A stretch of 64,000 nucleotides of DNA from the human T2T-CHM13v2.0 reference genome, Homo sapiens. The number at the start of each line of letters is the position of its first letter. Position 1 is the first letter of the stretch. Below the pieces are notes generated by a model that worked only from the letters and a program-made list of their open reading frames with translations, made no database searches and was not told the DNA's origin. A program made the translations under genes and the position numbers. Location of the stretch: the NCBI RefSeq assembly GCF_009914755.1, contig NC_060937.1. One strand, given 5' to 3'. Below are positions 35,917-49,016 of this stretch, piece by piece.

Positions 35917-37131
35917 AAGTTGTTGTTTTTAAAAGATACATTTCAACTCACTTCTCTAAGGTGGGAATACACACAGCCTGCCATCAGTTTGACATAAAAC
36001 AAAAATTTTACCCTTGTCGCATGCTAAATTTCTTTTACTAGGTTAAAAAAATGTAGAATCCAAAGAGCTGTAAATGCAAATGACAAATACTGTACAAAAT
36101 CTATCAAGCAACTATAAGTCACAACTTGCAAGCTTTCTCCTCAGCAAATGAGTTAAAAGGAAAAATATTTGAAACTTTCTTGGTGGAAAACGAATGACCT
36201 TTAAAAATGCCAGCATTTTCCCCAGAGAATAGATTTGGTCTGAGTTCTTCATTTCTGAAATTGTACAAGATAAGACCTCTTGGTTTGAGAGCCAAACTGC
36301 ATCCTTCTATGAAGGTTTTAGATATTTTAAGTCTCCATACAAAACACTCCCCTTATTTTGAGAACAAAAGGAACAATAAGACAGCCTAGGCGGGGAAGAG
36401 AAAGAAAGGCCTTGAAACAAAGTCCCTGGGAAGGTAAAAACAACAACAAAAATAGTAAGTTAGAGCTCGTGTTAGATCTGATAACTCAAAACTGCACAAC
36501 GTTTGCCATACATCGAAAGCAACATGGGAAAACAGAAAAAGAGATCACAAACATTTTTTTGAGTGTCCTAACTTGTAGAACCCCTAAGAATGAATCAAAT
36601 ACACTTGGACAAAGCTCTTTTTTTCTCTCTCTCCTTCAAGTCACAGACTAGGGGTGTGGGGCGGGGGACGGGGAGTAAGACGGGGTCTCTAATAAATACA
36701 AGACCCAGTCTCGGACGTGTTTATTTGCTGACATTTTAGAAGAAAAATGGGCTACTTACAATTAATGAACCAAACTACCAAACTAAAATCATGAGTAGGA
36801 GGAGGAGTAAATGGAACTGTCTGGGCGAAGTTTCAGGAAGGTGAAAGCTGGGGTCGCTGAGCCCTCCCCCACCCATAGCTCGGGGCTCTCCAGTCGCTCC
36901 CGGCCCCCAGCGCGGACTTTCGGGCGCCGACGGCCCAACCATACAGACTTCGCAGGATGTAGCCCCCTTCTCCCCTCTCCAAGAGAGAAAAGTGCTAGGA
37001 GACGCAAACCGTATTTCCGTGTCCGAGCGTTGAAACCTGAGGAGTCGCACGCGGGGCGCCCACACTCGTTCCCGGGGAGCCCCAGCCCGGTCGCCCGCCC
37101 CGGTCCCAGCTCCAGCCCGGGCCTCCCTTAC

Positions 37132-37235
37132 TCTGGGGCTCCATGGTCGGCTGCTCCCCGGCCTCCGCGGGCGAACGCCCGGACTCCTAACGCCTCTCAG
37201 CCAGGTCCGGCGTCGCTACGGTTGCCCTGACAACC
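37132..37235 (-). pseudogene. FANK1: FANK1-like exon 1 (paralogous copy; 13 coding nt, MEPQ+A)
   Basis: rc reads GCCGACC-ATG-GAG-CCC-CAG-A|GTAAGG (ATG at 37144-37142, donor GT 37131-37130); FANK1 begins MEPQK from memory; no exon 2 seen in window; 5' end approximate. Confidence 0.75.
37221..37234. promoter_or_regulatory. RFX X-box-like motif
   Basis: GTTGCCCTGACAAC vs consensus GTTGCCATGGCAAC, ~80 bp upstream of the minus-strand ATG. Confidence 0.7.
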
Positions 37236-37289
37236 GGGAGGCGGAGTGGGCAGAACCAGAGGGACTGCGAGCGGGAGGGACCAAAAGCC

Positions 37290-37546
37290 GCAGGAAGTGA
37301 GGGAGCGCGTGAGGATCCGCCCGTCGCCGGGGACACTGAGAGAGGGTAGCGGCCAGGTCACCGGCTGAGGACACTGCCCCTGAAGCCCGGTCAGGCGGTC
37401 GCGCCCTCCCTGGCGGCCCCCGCGGCCTGGCAGGACCTGTGCCCCGACGTCGCCGACCCACGGCGTCCGTCGGGCGAGTGGGCCTGCCCGCGGGTAAGGC
37501 GCCGGCTCTGGGCCGCCCTCCCGGGACTCGGGAGGCGCCGCTGCAG
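37290..37546 (+). other. Candidate non-coding first exon on + strand (DHX32 upstream-exon-like)
   Basis: Donors CGG|GTAAGG (after 37493) and CAG|GTAACA (after 37546) downstream of the ETS site; DHX32 link inferred from head-to-head arrangement with FANK1. Confidence 0.4.
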
Positions 37547-40216
37547 GTAACAGCTGGGCCCCGGCGGCGGAAGGGGTTGGGGGTCGGCGCAGGGGCGGGC
37601 GCGCCCCGAGCCGGGTGGGTGGCCCCCGCGCACCTGTTGTAGCCGCCTGGGGGTCCCCTGCCCGCAGTTGGCCGTGGACGTTCCCCGCCCCGAATCCGAA
37701 ACGCCGAGGGCGGCCTCCGCGCCTCCTGCTCCGGGAGCCACGCCTCAGCGGGAGGACGGAGCCCTGCGGGCAGCCCTCGCACCAGGACCTCCCTCGGAGC
37801 CCGGGCATGGGCCGGGCCTGGGGTGGTCCCTCGAACCCCCCTGACGGGAAGCGTGGAGCAATGCGAGCCGCTGCCGTCGTCGCTGTTGTCCCCAGTGAGC
37901 CGGGAGCGCCTCCTGAATCGCGAGAGCCAAGAGCACGGCTTTGCCGTCATCCCCGTGTCCCATTTCAGGCAGGGGGCCCGGGTTGGATCTTTGTCGCTGG
38001 CTACGTTTTGTGTGTGTTGATTTGTTTCAGTCCTTCGCGTTTCCGGTTGAGTTACGGAATCTGCCCACACGTTTTGTGGCCAAACTTTGTAGGGCTGTGA
38101 AACAATGTAACATTATCTCACACAATAGTCTTTCATACTGGTTTTAAAACACAGTGATGCAGGGTTTGCTTTAAGGAAGCTTTGAGGATCACAAGGGATT
38201 ATTATCTGGTAGGTTGTAAAAATTCAAACAACCGGGAGAGTGTCATAGGTTCTGGAACACCGGAAGGAGGAAAGAAAAATGGAGAGGAGAGAAAAAGGAT
38301 AAGCAAGAAAGTGCAGGGGCATTAAGGGTGTGGGGGGCTGCAGGATTGATTTGGTACTCAGGTCTGGAGATTATGGCCCCTCTATTAATTCCAACCGCTG
38401 CTCCAGACAGTACTTGAGGGAAATGGAAGGAAGAGCCGTTTTGGGGGTCATGCAAGTGATTACTAATCTTGCCAGTATAAAGATTTCCACTCCATGGATG
38501 ACAAGGACACTAAGGAGAATTACTTTCCTCTTAGAAAGGGAATCATTGAGAGGTTAATTGAACTTGAGAAGCATATATTCTGTGATGGAAACTGACATTT
38601 ATTATATTCTTCCAAATTAGGTTTTCCCCCTCTTAGACTATATGGGGACTTTTTCAGATTAATTGTCAAAACAAGAAGGTTTACGTGTGGATATTGACTA
38701 GCAGCGTGATATATACAGAACACATAATTCTCAAGCTGAAGTATTAAGGTAATAAATTAAGGGTGGAAAGTAAACACTTCATGGAACCTTAACTCCCTGT
38801 TCCTGAAATTTGGAGACAGGGGCTTCATTTTTAGACAGAAAGTATCTAAAGATCAGCAGTACTTCTGTATCCAGTGGTTCTCAAGTTCTAGTTTACATAT
38901 CATTAGCAAAATCACAAAGCGATCTTTTCATTCAAGATACAAATAGAGTGATCAGTATATCATAATCAAAAGTGACAAGATAGTGATTTAAAAAACACCT
39001 GGCATTTATTGACAAAAGAAAAGGTAGGATTAAGGCTGCTCAAACAGTAAAGGATTAGCATTAGTATTTTTTAAAAAAGAAGAAACAACAGTTCAGGTCT
39101 CTATGCTAAAGTAGTAAGGACTGAAGAAGTTTTAAGTTTGGAAAAAATGGAGATATGTATTGGTGAAACACTGTAATCATATAGAATGATTATTTTATCA
39201 GCAGCTGTGAAGTTGACTTTGAGGAAATTTTGAATTGAAATACTTTAGGTGACAAGTAAAGGCAACTGTGAAAAGCAACATTTGATTTTAGCGGACAGGG
39301 TACCTGTGGAAGAAGACTGGTTAGGAGTGGAAGTGAGGTGTAAAGGCACTGAAATGTCTGAGGCAGGGACAATATTCAGTTTCTCTTCCTCTATCACCTA
39401 GTGCAATGTACTTGTTAAACGTTTGTTGAATGAGTGAGAAGGACTTTAGAGAAATTGCTTTGGATATAGGGATACACTTTACTATTGGAGAAAACACCCG
39501 AGATCAGAAAGTTGCTAATGAGATAGGTGTGGGGGATGAATGGTAAAGACACTGATTGTACCTTTTTGGAGTTTTCTACCATTGTGTTTTATTTCTTTTC
39601 ACCGGCATGTTCAGTATGTTATTAGTGGTCAAATGAAAAGGAATAAAGTTCTATATATATTTTTTTAAGTCTCCAAGCTCATTACTAGATAGAATAGTTA
39701 CATTATTGTTTACTTTGCTGATGTTTAGCTAAATGTAGCAAACTGAAGCATTATGGATCGGGAATAACAAAGCAACAATGAAGAAACAGATGTTGTCTTT
39801 TTCTTATTTAAATCTCTTGACTACCTAGAATTCAACGTAGAAATAACTTTAGTGGGAGGTTAACATTATTTAATGCAAATAGGTTGATAAAAATGTAGCA
39901 AATGAACATGTTATTAATAGTTCTGTCTTCTAGCCTTACTGTGGTAAGTTGAAGGAAGTTTTCATTTTTGTTTTTGTTGGTTTTAGGGTTTTTGTTGGTT
40001 TTTGTTTTCTTTACCAGAGTGAGGGTACTTTTTTCTCTATCTGATACTTTCTGAAACTCTTAAGGAGTTCGGTCAAAAGTGGAAAACAATCAAATTTCTA
40101 TTTTTGGTGTTTTCCTCTTTGTTCTCCAAACTTGTCATGGTCTACATTCAATGTGTTGCACTCACATGGAATGTCTGTCTCTCAGACCTTTACTCGTCCA
40201 CAGTCTAAAGGAGACT

Positions 40217-40614
<398 letters not shown>

Positions 40615-40819
40615 CTACTGGGGGTGCTACACGGTTTAGCATTTAGCTCTGTAGGATGCTTTCGTATAGAATTTTATCTCATATGGATGGGTCTTGTACC
40701 TCTGACTAGATTAAATATGTTTGGAGCTAAGTGCATGACTTACGCTTCTTCTGTGTTGCTTTTAGCACACTGTGGGCTTCATTCTGTACCTGATAATTTA
40801 AGTAGGGTAATAATAGAGA

Positions 40820-42000
40820 GGTCAAACCTTTAGTTTGGGGTCATTGCATTAATTTCTAGCTTTGCCCCTTTGGAAAAACAGAAACTCTTATTTTGTCATT
40901 GATAACTTGGGATAATAACACCTGCAATGGTTGTCTGATAGTCTAGTTGTGAGAATCAAGATAAATGTGATTATAGATTATGAATGAAAATATCTTGTAT
41001 GTCGTAATGAACTTTTTTAATATAAAGGGCTGTTATTGACTTAGGCATAGAGCAGATATTGATACCACATTCACAATGTCTTAGGTACTTCCTGGGCTCT
41101 GGAATTGCATGTCATAAAGGGTGAACAGGAAATGACCAGGTGCTTCTGAAGCAGAACAGCCTGGGCTGAGGCACGAAGGCCGGGAGAACAACTAAGCCAT
41201 GGTTTATTCTGGCTGAACTGGAGAATACTTCTTCATGTGTATTAGCAGAAAATGGGAGGAAGTAAGGCCAGAAAGGCAAATGTGGGCCAAATCAGAAGGA
41301 ACCTAAGGACCATGAGTTTATCTTCCTTAAAGGTAATAAGGAGGATTTGGGTCAGTGACTGGATCAGTTTTGCATTTGGAAAGGATCACTGGCAACACTC
41401 AAATGACAGATTGGTAGAGAGCCTAAATGGGAGACCAAAAAATTGGAGATGTTGCTGAACCTCAGTGAAGAAATGAAGAGAACTAGGAGAGCGACGGTGG
41501 GAATAAGAAGGAGGGGCCACTAAAAAAGGTAGAATTAGCAGATCTTGGTGATACAGGAGATGAGGAAGGAGAAGCCAGGGATGACAGTGGGGTGATAGAG
41601 TGGATCATTCTGTTATTCATTGAACTCTAAAGAAGAAAAAAAAAATTTTGAGGAGTTTAAGAAGTGGGGTAGATGTGTTCAGTTTGAGAAGCCTGTCATA
41701 TATGTTGGGAGGTCCCATAAGTAGTAGTAGTTGGACATGTGGGTCTGGAACTAAAGGAAAAAAGTCTGAGATGAAGATAGAAATTTGGATTAAGCATTTA
41801 GTGATTGAAGTTAAAATGTGATGATTTTCTCCAGGAATATTATGTGGAATAAGAGGGTAAAGGATAGAGCCCTGAAGTATGCACATTTTACGTTGTGGGG
41901 AGGGGCTGATGGTGGAAGAACCCGCGGAGACTAAGGACCAATGGTCAGAAAAGGGGGCTGAAAATCTGGGAGGATTAATGGAAGAGTGCCTACTCCTGAG
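40820..42000. mobile_element. MIR (~40820-41040) and antisense L2 (~41130-42000)
   Basis: GATAATAACACCT..GTTGTGAGAATCAA; GATCAGTTTTGCATTTGGAAAGGATCACTGG. Confidence 0.65.
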
Positions 42001-42184
42001 GAGTTCATGCATTGGCATTCCCCAAAATGATTATATTTTCCTCTAGCCACCGTAGAACGCACAACACAGTTCATCTATTATTGTTTTATTAAAGTTCATG
42101 TAAAATGACTACCCATTACTTTGTTAACAACAGAAATCTTGTTATTTATGTTTAAAAATATTTTTTAAAACATTTTTAAACAGA

Positions 42185-42925
42185 TTTTTTAGATACAGAG
42201 TCTTGTTATGTTGCCTAGGCTGGTCTGGAACTCCTGGGCTCCTCCAGCCTCAGCCTTCCAAAGTGCTGGGATTCCAGGCATGAGCCACTGTGCCTGTGGC
42301 TATTTATGGGTTTTTTGTCTACATTTGGGACAACAAATCAAGTAAAATGTAACTTTAGAAGTTGATTATGATTATGCCTCAAGCAAATACTTTAAAAAAA
42401 AAGAGAGAGAGAGAGATGGGTAAAAGTTAATTTTGTGTATGTCTCAGGTAAAGTATGTTAACTTGGGGAGACCAGCAGTAACCTGTTCTTTAAATCTCAG
42501 CTTTTATTGAATCTCACACAAAATTTTTCTCAGATATGTCACTAGACTACTTAAATAAGCCAGATTAGTATTTTTGCATACTTTATTAACTCTGCTTCTA
42601 CTCAGAGTAAATTAGTTTTTGGAATGGAATGCAGTCAAAAAAATCATCAAAATAATATCACAAAGCACTGAGTGGTCCAGTCATTTGAACTTCTGACAAT
42701 ACCTTTGACTTAGAAACCTATTTGTGGGGAGTGGTATATTAATACTATACATAAACATTGATTGAGCTCGGGGGGACTTTCTGTATATACATTTAAAAAT
42801 ATGTTTTTTTTTAATAGAGACAGGGTCTCACTGTGTTACCCAGGCTAGTCTCAAACTCCTGGGCTCAAATTACCCTCCCCACTTGGCCTCCCAAAAGGAT
42901 GGGATTACAGGCATGAGCCACTGCC
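42185..42925 (-). mobile_element. Two separate Alu monomer (FLAM-like) fragments, 42185-42295 and 42805-42925
   Basis: TATGTTGCCTAGGCTGGTCTGGAACTCCTGGGCTC; GTGTTACCCAGGCTAGTCTCAAACTCCTGGG. Confidence 0.85.
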
Positions 42926-43042
42926 CGAAGGCTAAAATTTTTTTAAGTACCATTAGAATGTAAGGATTCTTTTTAAAAAATTTGATTGTGCAGGGTTGGT
43001 TATTCAACCAATATGCAATACAATATTCAATACTGTATATTC

Positions 43043-43102
43043 ATCACTTCTAGGCCTTTTGGCTAAGATCAACTGTAGTATCTGTTGTTATTAATATAAT
43101 AT
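43043..43102 (+). pseudogene. 3'-truncated, tailless U2 snRNA retropseudogene (U2 nt 1-~60)
   Basis: ATCACTTCTAGGCCTTTTGGCTAAGATCAACTGTAGTATCTGTTGTTATT vs U2 ATCGCTTCTCGGCCTTTTGGCTAAGATCAAGTGTAGTATCTGTTCTTATC; TSD AATA(C/T)TGTATATTC 43029-43042 and 43098-43111. Confidence 0.93.
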
Positions 43103-43679
43103 TGTATATTCAACCAATTGTCAATACAAGGCTGGTTGTATCTGATATGAACCAACATTGAGTTAAAAATGGACCTTTTTTTTTTAAAAAAAAAGCTAAT
43201 TAACTAGATTTGCTTACTTAAAATCAAAGCAATCAACTCGTTACAAGTCTAGAAATAAGGATTTTAAAATAAATTTTGAATTTTGACCTTATCTTTTCCC
43301 AGAAAGACTTTAAATTGATACTGGAAACCAAATAGGATATATTTTGGGAGATTTGAGGCTATTAAAACAAAGGCAAACAAAGAAGTGACCTTCTAAAAGT
43401 CCTAGTAATGATTAGGTCCATTGTTTCAATTAAACCATACCGTGCTTGAGAGATAAAGTGTATTAAATATTTGACTGTAACTTTGTATTAGAAATGTTTT
43501 TAAAATCTATAAAAAAGATTTACCAATCTATCTATACCATGTTTTTCAGTTTTATGGTATTTCTTCCAGACCTCTCTTCCTGACATCTCCATTAGTGTCA
43601 AGTATTTCTTCAACCCCCAGTGATGCAACGTGAGTCTATTTTTTAAAATGTAGTCTGGAAGCAATATGTAATATAGTCA

Positions 43680-43990
43680 GGAAGCAGTATGGATATATGG
43701 TTAAGTATATACACTATACACTTAACTGAGGTTAAGCAGAGATCATAGTGCCTGACTTGAAGCACCTGCTCTACCACAGATGATCTTCTAGAAGCTGTAT
43801 AAATTAAACCTCTGAAGGTTTACATTTCCTCATTTGAAAAATGGAAATAATAAAGTAAACCCTCATGAGGTCCTTAAGAGTTTAAATGAAATAATCCATA
43901 TAAAGTGCTTAAGTGCTGAACATAGCATCTGGTATGCAATAATCACTCTATAAATGCTAATTGGTAAAATTATCATCATTGTTATTGTTA
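43680..43990 (+). mobile_element. MIR
   Basis: TTTCCTCATTTGAAAAATGGAAATAATAA..TTAAATGAAATAATCCATATAAAGTGCTTA. Confidence 0.75.
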
Positions 43991-44656
43991 GTCCAACTAT
44001 AGTAGTAGCATGGAACCAGGATTCTGAAAAGTGTGGCCTGCAGATCAGGGTCAGTGCAGACTTACTGGTTTGCAGTGAGATCTGGAGCTTGTGCCAGAAT
44101 GTAAATAGGCGATGTCACTAAACATACTGATTACTGTTCAGCTGACTTTTTAAAAATAGCAAGACCTCTTCAGTGTAGGAAGCAGTTAGTTGATTTACAT
44201 TCTGGTGCAAGCTCTTTACCTTGCCACAAACCAGCAGCAGAGTTGACATGGAGTATTGGACCAATGATCCCACTCTCCAAAAAATAATAGTCCTTTATTC
44301 TGAAGACGTTATTATTCACTCATAATACCTCATTAACTTTCTTTTTTTCTAAACATTGTAATAATAGATTATAAGTATATTGTTTATGAGTTCAGCAGAT
44401 ATTTATTGATCACATAGTTTGTGCACAGCCCTGTATCTTATTTTGCAGGAGTTGCAAAGCTGGCTCAGAAATTAATCTTGCCTTTAGGAAGTCTACCATA
44501 AACCCGCAAGAGGAAATAAGTGAAAATCTAAATAAATGTGTTGAATATATGCAGTGATTGTTTGCAATAGTGTTATAGCTTGGTTCCAAAGATTTCAATA
44601 TAGACAGATGTTTCCTTTTGCTGAGCTGCTACCAGAATAGGACAGAATTAATTATC

Positions 44657-44953
<297 letters not shown>

Positions 44954-45296
44954 TAATACCTTTTACGTTTTCAGCATTATGCTATCACAATAAAGTTCAG
45001 AGTTTGCTTTATTAAGATAGTGTTTGAATCTTCTAGGAGATTCAGAAACCTGCAGTACTAGGGAAATCTGAGTTTTAGATATAATAACAAAATTATAACT
45101 TTTAAAGATTTGTATTGTAGAAGATTATCCTTAAGTGTTTTTTAAATTATTAATTTACTATTTCACCCTTCATGCAAATATATGAATTATAAATGATTGA
45201 TTGTTCCATAGAATATGAAGAGATATTAAATAAATATTAAAATATTTATAAAGTTTTGGTTAAAATGAGCACAATTTCTTCTCGAAAAAATTCACT

Positions 45297-45510
45297 GCCA
45301 GCCTGGGCAACATAGGGAGATACTGTCTCTACAAAAATAAAAAAATAAAAATTAGCCAGGCATGGTGGTGTGTTCGTATAGTCCCACTATTGGAGAGACT
45401 GAGTCAGGATGATCAATTGAGCCCAGAAGTTGGAGGCTGCAGTGAGCTATAATCATGCCACTGCACTCCAGCCTGGGCGATGGAATAAGACCATGTCTTT
45501 AAAAAAAAAT
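45297..45510 (+). mobile_element. 5'-truncated AluJ (another fragment at 45935-46070)
   Basis: CCAGCCTGGGCAACATAGGGAGA..GCACTCCAGCCTGGGCGA. Confidence 0.85.
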
Positions 45511-45763
45511 GCATTGCTCAAACAGATAATGTTGAAACAAATTCTGGAGTAATATAAACATAATAATTTTTAAAAGGCAAGGCATGTATATTTTACATAT
45601 AAATATGTATATTATATAGTATAGGGTTTACAAACTATGAGTCAGATCATGAGCAGATTTATTTTTGCAGACTAATTTACTGTTGAGTGGGCTTAGGGAA
45701 AAAAGGAAAATAATGCAAAATGTTCAAGTCCAGAAATGTTATTTCATTTTTAATATTTCTTAG

Positions 45764-45897
45764 AATGTTTTGCGTGGAAGTGGATGTATTGGTTTCTCTT
45801 ATTGCCATGCTTGGTGCACCTGCTCGTAATCACTTTTGTTGTGCCTTTTGCCATAAATTGTTACCTAATCTCACTAATGACTTTAAGAAAATTGAAG
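45764..45897 (+). other. Candidate 134-bp internal exon
   Basis: Acceptor TTTTTAATATTTCTTAG| and donor AAG|GTGGGT in non-repeat sequence. Confidence 0.35.
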
Positions 45898-47249
45898 GTG
45901 GGTGTTAGAAAGATTATAGGTAATATTAAAGAATATAAGGCAGGCATGGTGGTGTGTACCTGTAGTTCCAGCTACTCGGAAAGCTAAGGCAGGAGGATCA
46001 CTTGAGCCCAGGAGTTGAATACAGCCTGGGCAACACAGACTCTGTCCCTGTTTCTAAAATTAAAAAAAATAGACACACAAACACATACAATGTAAAATAA
46101 AGAAAAGAGAGTAACCCGAAATTTAAGAGGAAAATTATAAGGAAAAACAGAGTAAAAAATGAAATTTGGATCAAGAAATGACTAGGTAAGTTAGACCCAT
46201 GGCACTGTAATCACAACTTTTTTACCATAGCAGATCAGGTATTTTGCGATCTGTCCCCTATCTCATCTTTGAACCCATCTTGTACCAAAGTCTCTCTCAA
46301 ATTAGGTACCAGCCACCCTTGCCTTCTTTTAGGTAATTGTCTGTAAGGTTGAGTCTACATATCATAGTCAAAGAATTTATATTTCCACACCCCACCCTCA
46401 GCCTCACCTAACCAGACCTGCCTGTACAAACTGTGTCCCTACCACACATAGTAGGACCTCAAGTATTGGTTGAATAGGTAAATGGAAAACCCAAAAATGG
46501 AGGCATTAAGGATGAGAAAACTTGAGGACACAGAAGACCTATTAGATTATGAATGATATCGATGATAAAATACTATCAGATGTTGCTCTTAGAAGCATAT
46601 GATCCCTAAAGGATAAAAAATGACTAATTTATTATTTACTCAGCCCGTAATTATTAATTAGTCACTCACTATATTTGGATTTAGGAGTGGAAATTACCAG
46701 TGAAGAAGGTATAGCTCCAATAACAGTGTAAGTAAAGAGACAGACATGGGGAAAAGATAATCACTAGTACAAACGGTTCAAGAGTCCCCTCATACTTGAT
46801 GTTGCCTCCTCAGCATCTGCAATTTACAAGCGGCCCCACAAAGATCAATGATCTGCTAGAGCAAGGGTGATACATGCCATTGTCTGAATCTCAGTGCAGC
46901 TTTGTACTTTTCAACATAATAACTCTTCTGAATTGATCAAGAAGAAAGCAGCTTTAATAAATGTTGAAAGGAGTTAATTTGGGGTTTGGATGTATGATTC
47001 AAGGGACGACCAGGAGCCTCTACAAATATTCCAGTTTGTGGGTTTGTGAGTCTTAAAGAATTCTAAGAATAGCAAGAGTCTATCATATATCATAAACAGA
47101 AGGGAACAAAAAAGTCACATAAATCCAGAAACATAGTGAATTCCTGATAGAAGTGTTTAAACTCTATGCAGCAGTAGTAAACTAGCTTGAACTTAGCTAA
47201 GAGTGAAATAATGAAGGATGTAACTATGCAAGATAGACTGAAGTGGAGA

Positions 47250-47800
47250 CACTAAGTCCCTGCTTCATAGAGCTCACATTCCGGTGAAGGGCACCAACAG
47301 AAAACAAAGAGGGAAAATATATACATTATGTTAGGTGGTGGTCTTAAGTAGAAAAAATGAAGCAGTTAAAGAGGTTAGGAAGTGGTTTTTGGGAGTGTGG
47401 GAGAGTGTTAAAAGTTTAGATAGGGTGGCCAGGGAAGCCTTTACTGAGCTGCCATTTGGTAACAACCTTTATGCAGCAAGGAAGCTAGCCATTTGGATAT
47501 CTGAGGGAGGAACATTTCAGACATACAGAAGGGTGAACACCAAGTCCCAGAGGCAGGCATCTGCCATGGTGTTTGAGGAATAGCAGGGGAGCCATCAGGC
47601 TAGGGAAGACTGAAGTAGGAGCTGTTGCAAATGAGGGCGGAGAGGCGATGGGTCCAGATCATAAAGTGATTGTTGGTCCTCTTAAGGATTTTGGTTTTTC
47701 CTCAGAGTGAGATGAGATGGGAAGTATTGGAGACTATTGAGCAGAGGAGACATGAGCTGACTTTAATAGGATGACTCTGACTGCAGGCTTGAGACCTGAC
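47250..47800 (-). mobile_element. L2
   Basis: TCCCTGCTTCATAGAGCTCACATTC..TTTAGATAGGGTGGCCAGGGAAGCCT.. Confidence 0.8.
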
Positions 47801-47821
47801 TGTAAAAACAAATGTTTTTCT

Positions 47822-48676
47822 CTTTTTTTTGTTTTTTATTTTTTGATACAGAGTCTCGGGGAACTCCAGCTCTGTTCCCCGGGCTGGAGTGCAGTGGCCC
47901 AATCTCAGCCCACTGCAACCAACGCCTCCTCTGTTCAAGGGATTCTCCTGCCTCAGCTTCCCAAGTAGCTTGGATTACAGGTGCGTATCAGCATGCCTGG
48001 ATAATTTTGTACATTTTTATAGAGATGGGGGCAGGTCTTGCTATGTTGCCCGGGCTGGTCCCAAACTCCTGGTCTCCAGTGATCCTCCCGACTTGACCTT
48101 CCAAAGTTCTAGGATTACAGGCATGAGCCACGTCTCCTGACCATTTTTTTTATTTTATTTTTTTTCTTTTTTAGAGATGGGGATCTCACTATGTTGACCA
48201 AGCTGGCCTTGAACTCCTGGCCTAAAGTGATCTTCCCATCTCAGTCTCCCAAAGTGCTGGGATTACAGGCATGAGCCACTGTGCCTGGTCTCTTTGTTTT
48301 TGTCAAGTTTCTGAGGTGTAAGTGTTCTTTATATACTCGATATTAAGCAAGACCATGTCTCTTAAAAAAAAAAAACTGATATGGCCAAGCGCAGTGGCTC
48401 ATGCCTGTAATCCCAGCATTTTGGGAGGCCAAGGTGGGTGAATCACCAGAGGACAGAAGTTCAAGACCAGCCTGGACAACCTGGTGAAACCCGATCTCTA
48501 CTGAAAATACAAAATTAGCCGGATGTGGTGGTGCATGCCTGTGATCCCAGCAACTTGGGAGGCTGAGGCAGGGAGAATAGCTTGAATTTGGGAGGCAGAG
48601 GTTGCAGTGAGCTAAGATCATGTCACTGAACTCCAGCCTTGGACAACAAGATGGAAACTCCATCTCAAAAAAAAAA
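47822..48676. mobile_element. Alu cluster: antisense Alu 47822-48140, antisense monomer 48145-48290, sense AluS 48383-48676
   Basis: Canonical Alu motifs. Confidence 0.9.
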
Positions 48677-48965
48677 GCTATTAGTCCCTTACCAGATATA
48701 TGATTTGCAAATATTTTCTTACATTCTGTAGGTTGTCTTGTCTTGATAGTGTATGTTATTCTTTTTTATGCTTTTATTTTTTGTTCTTACTGTTCCATCT
48801 TTTATTTGTGTAAGCACTTTAAGTAATATTATTTTGCATGCTATATAATCATTCAAGTGCCTGAAATCCAACTCGCCCTCTTTTTTTTATTGACTCTTCC
48901 TCATGACGGATTATTTCTTCATATATTTTGTAACTTTTGTTTGACTGGTCTTAAGTTATCAAAAT

Positions 48966-49016
48966 TGAGAAAGATTCTTTGCTTGGTGAAACTTTGGTCA
49001 GACTCCTAACCTCCTC
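48966..49016 (+). mobile_element. ~50 bp stub of an ERV1 LTR terminus (MER39/MER34-like), truncated by the satellite
   Basis: TGAGAAAGATTCTTTGCTTGGTGAAACTTTGGTCAGACTCCTAACC resembles recalled TGACAGAGATTCT..CTTGACCAAACTTTAGTCAGGCTCCTGAACC. Confidence 0.5.

Larger units (their letters stand above)
36850..38060. promoter_or_regulatory. CpG island, probable bidirectional promoter (FANK1/DHX32-type)
   Basis: ~1.2 kb very GC- and CpG-rich in AT-rich surroundings; ETS site CAGGAAGTG 37291-37299; GC-box-like motifs; splice donors pointing outward on both strands. Confidence 0.9.

Noticed and set aside
36775-38147. Overlapping 100-284 aa Pro/Arg/Gly-rich ORFs on both strands
   Set aside because: Expected from stop-codon scarcity in a CpG island; no recognisable domain
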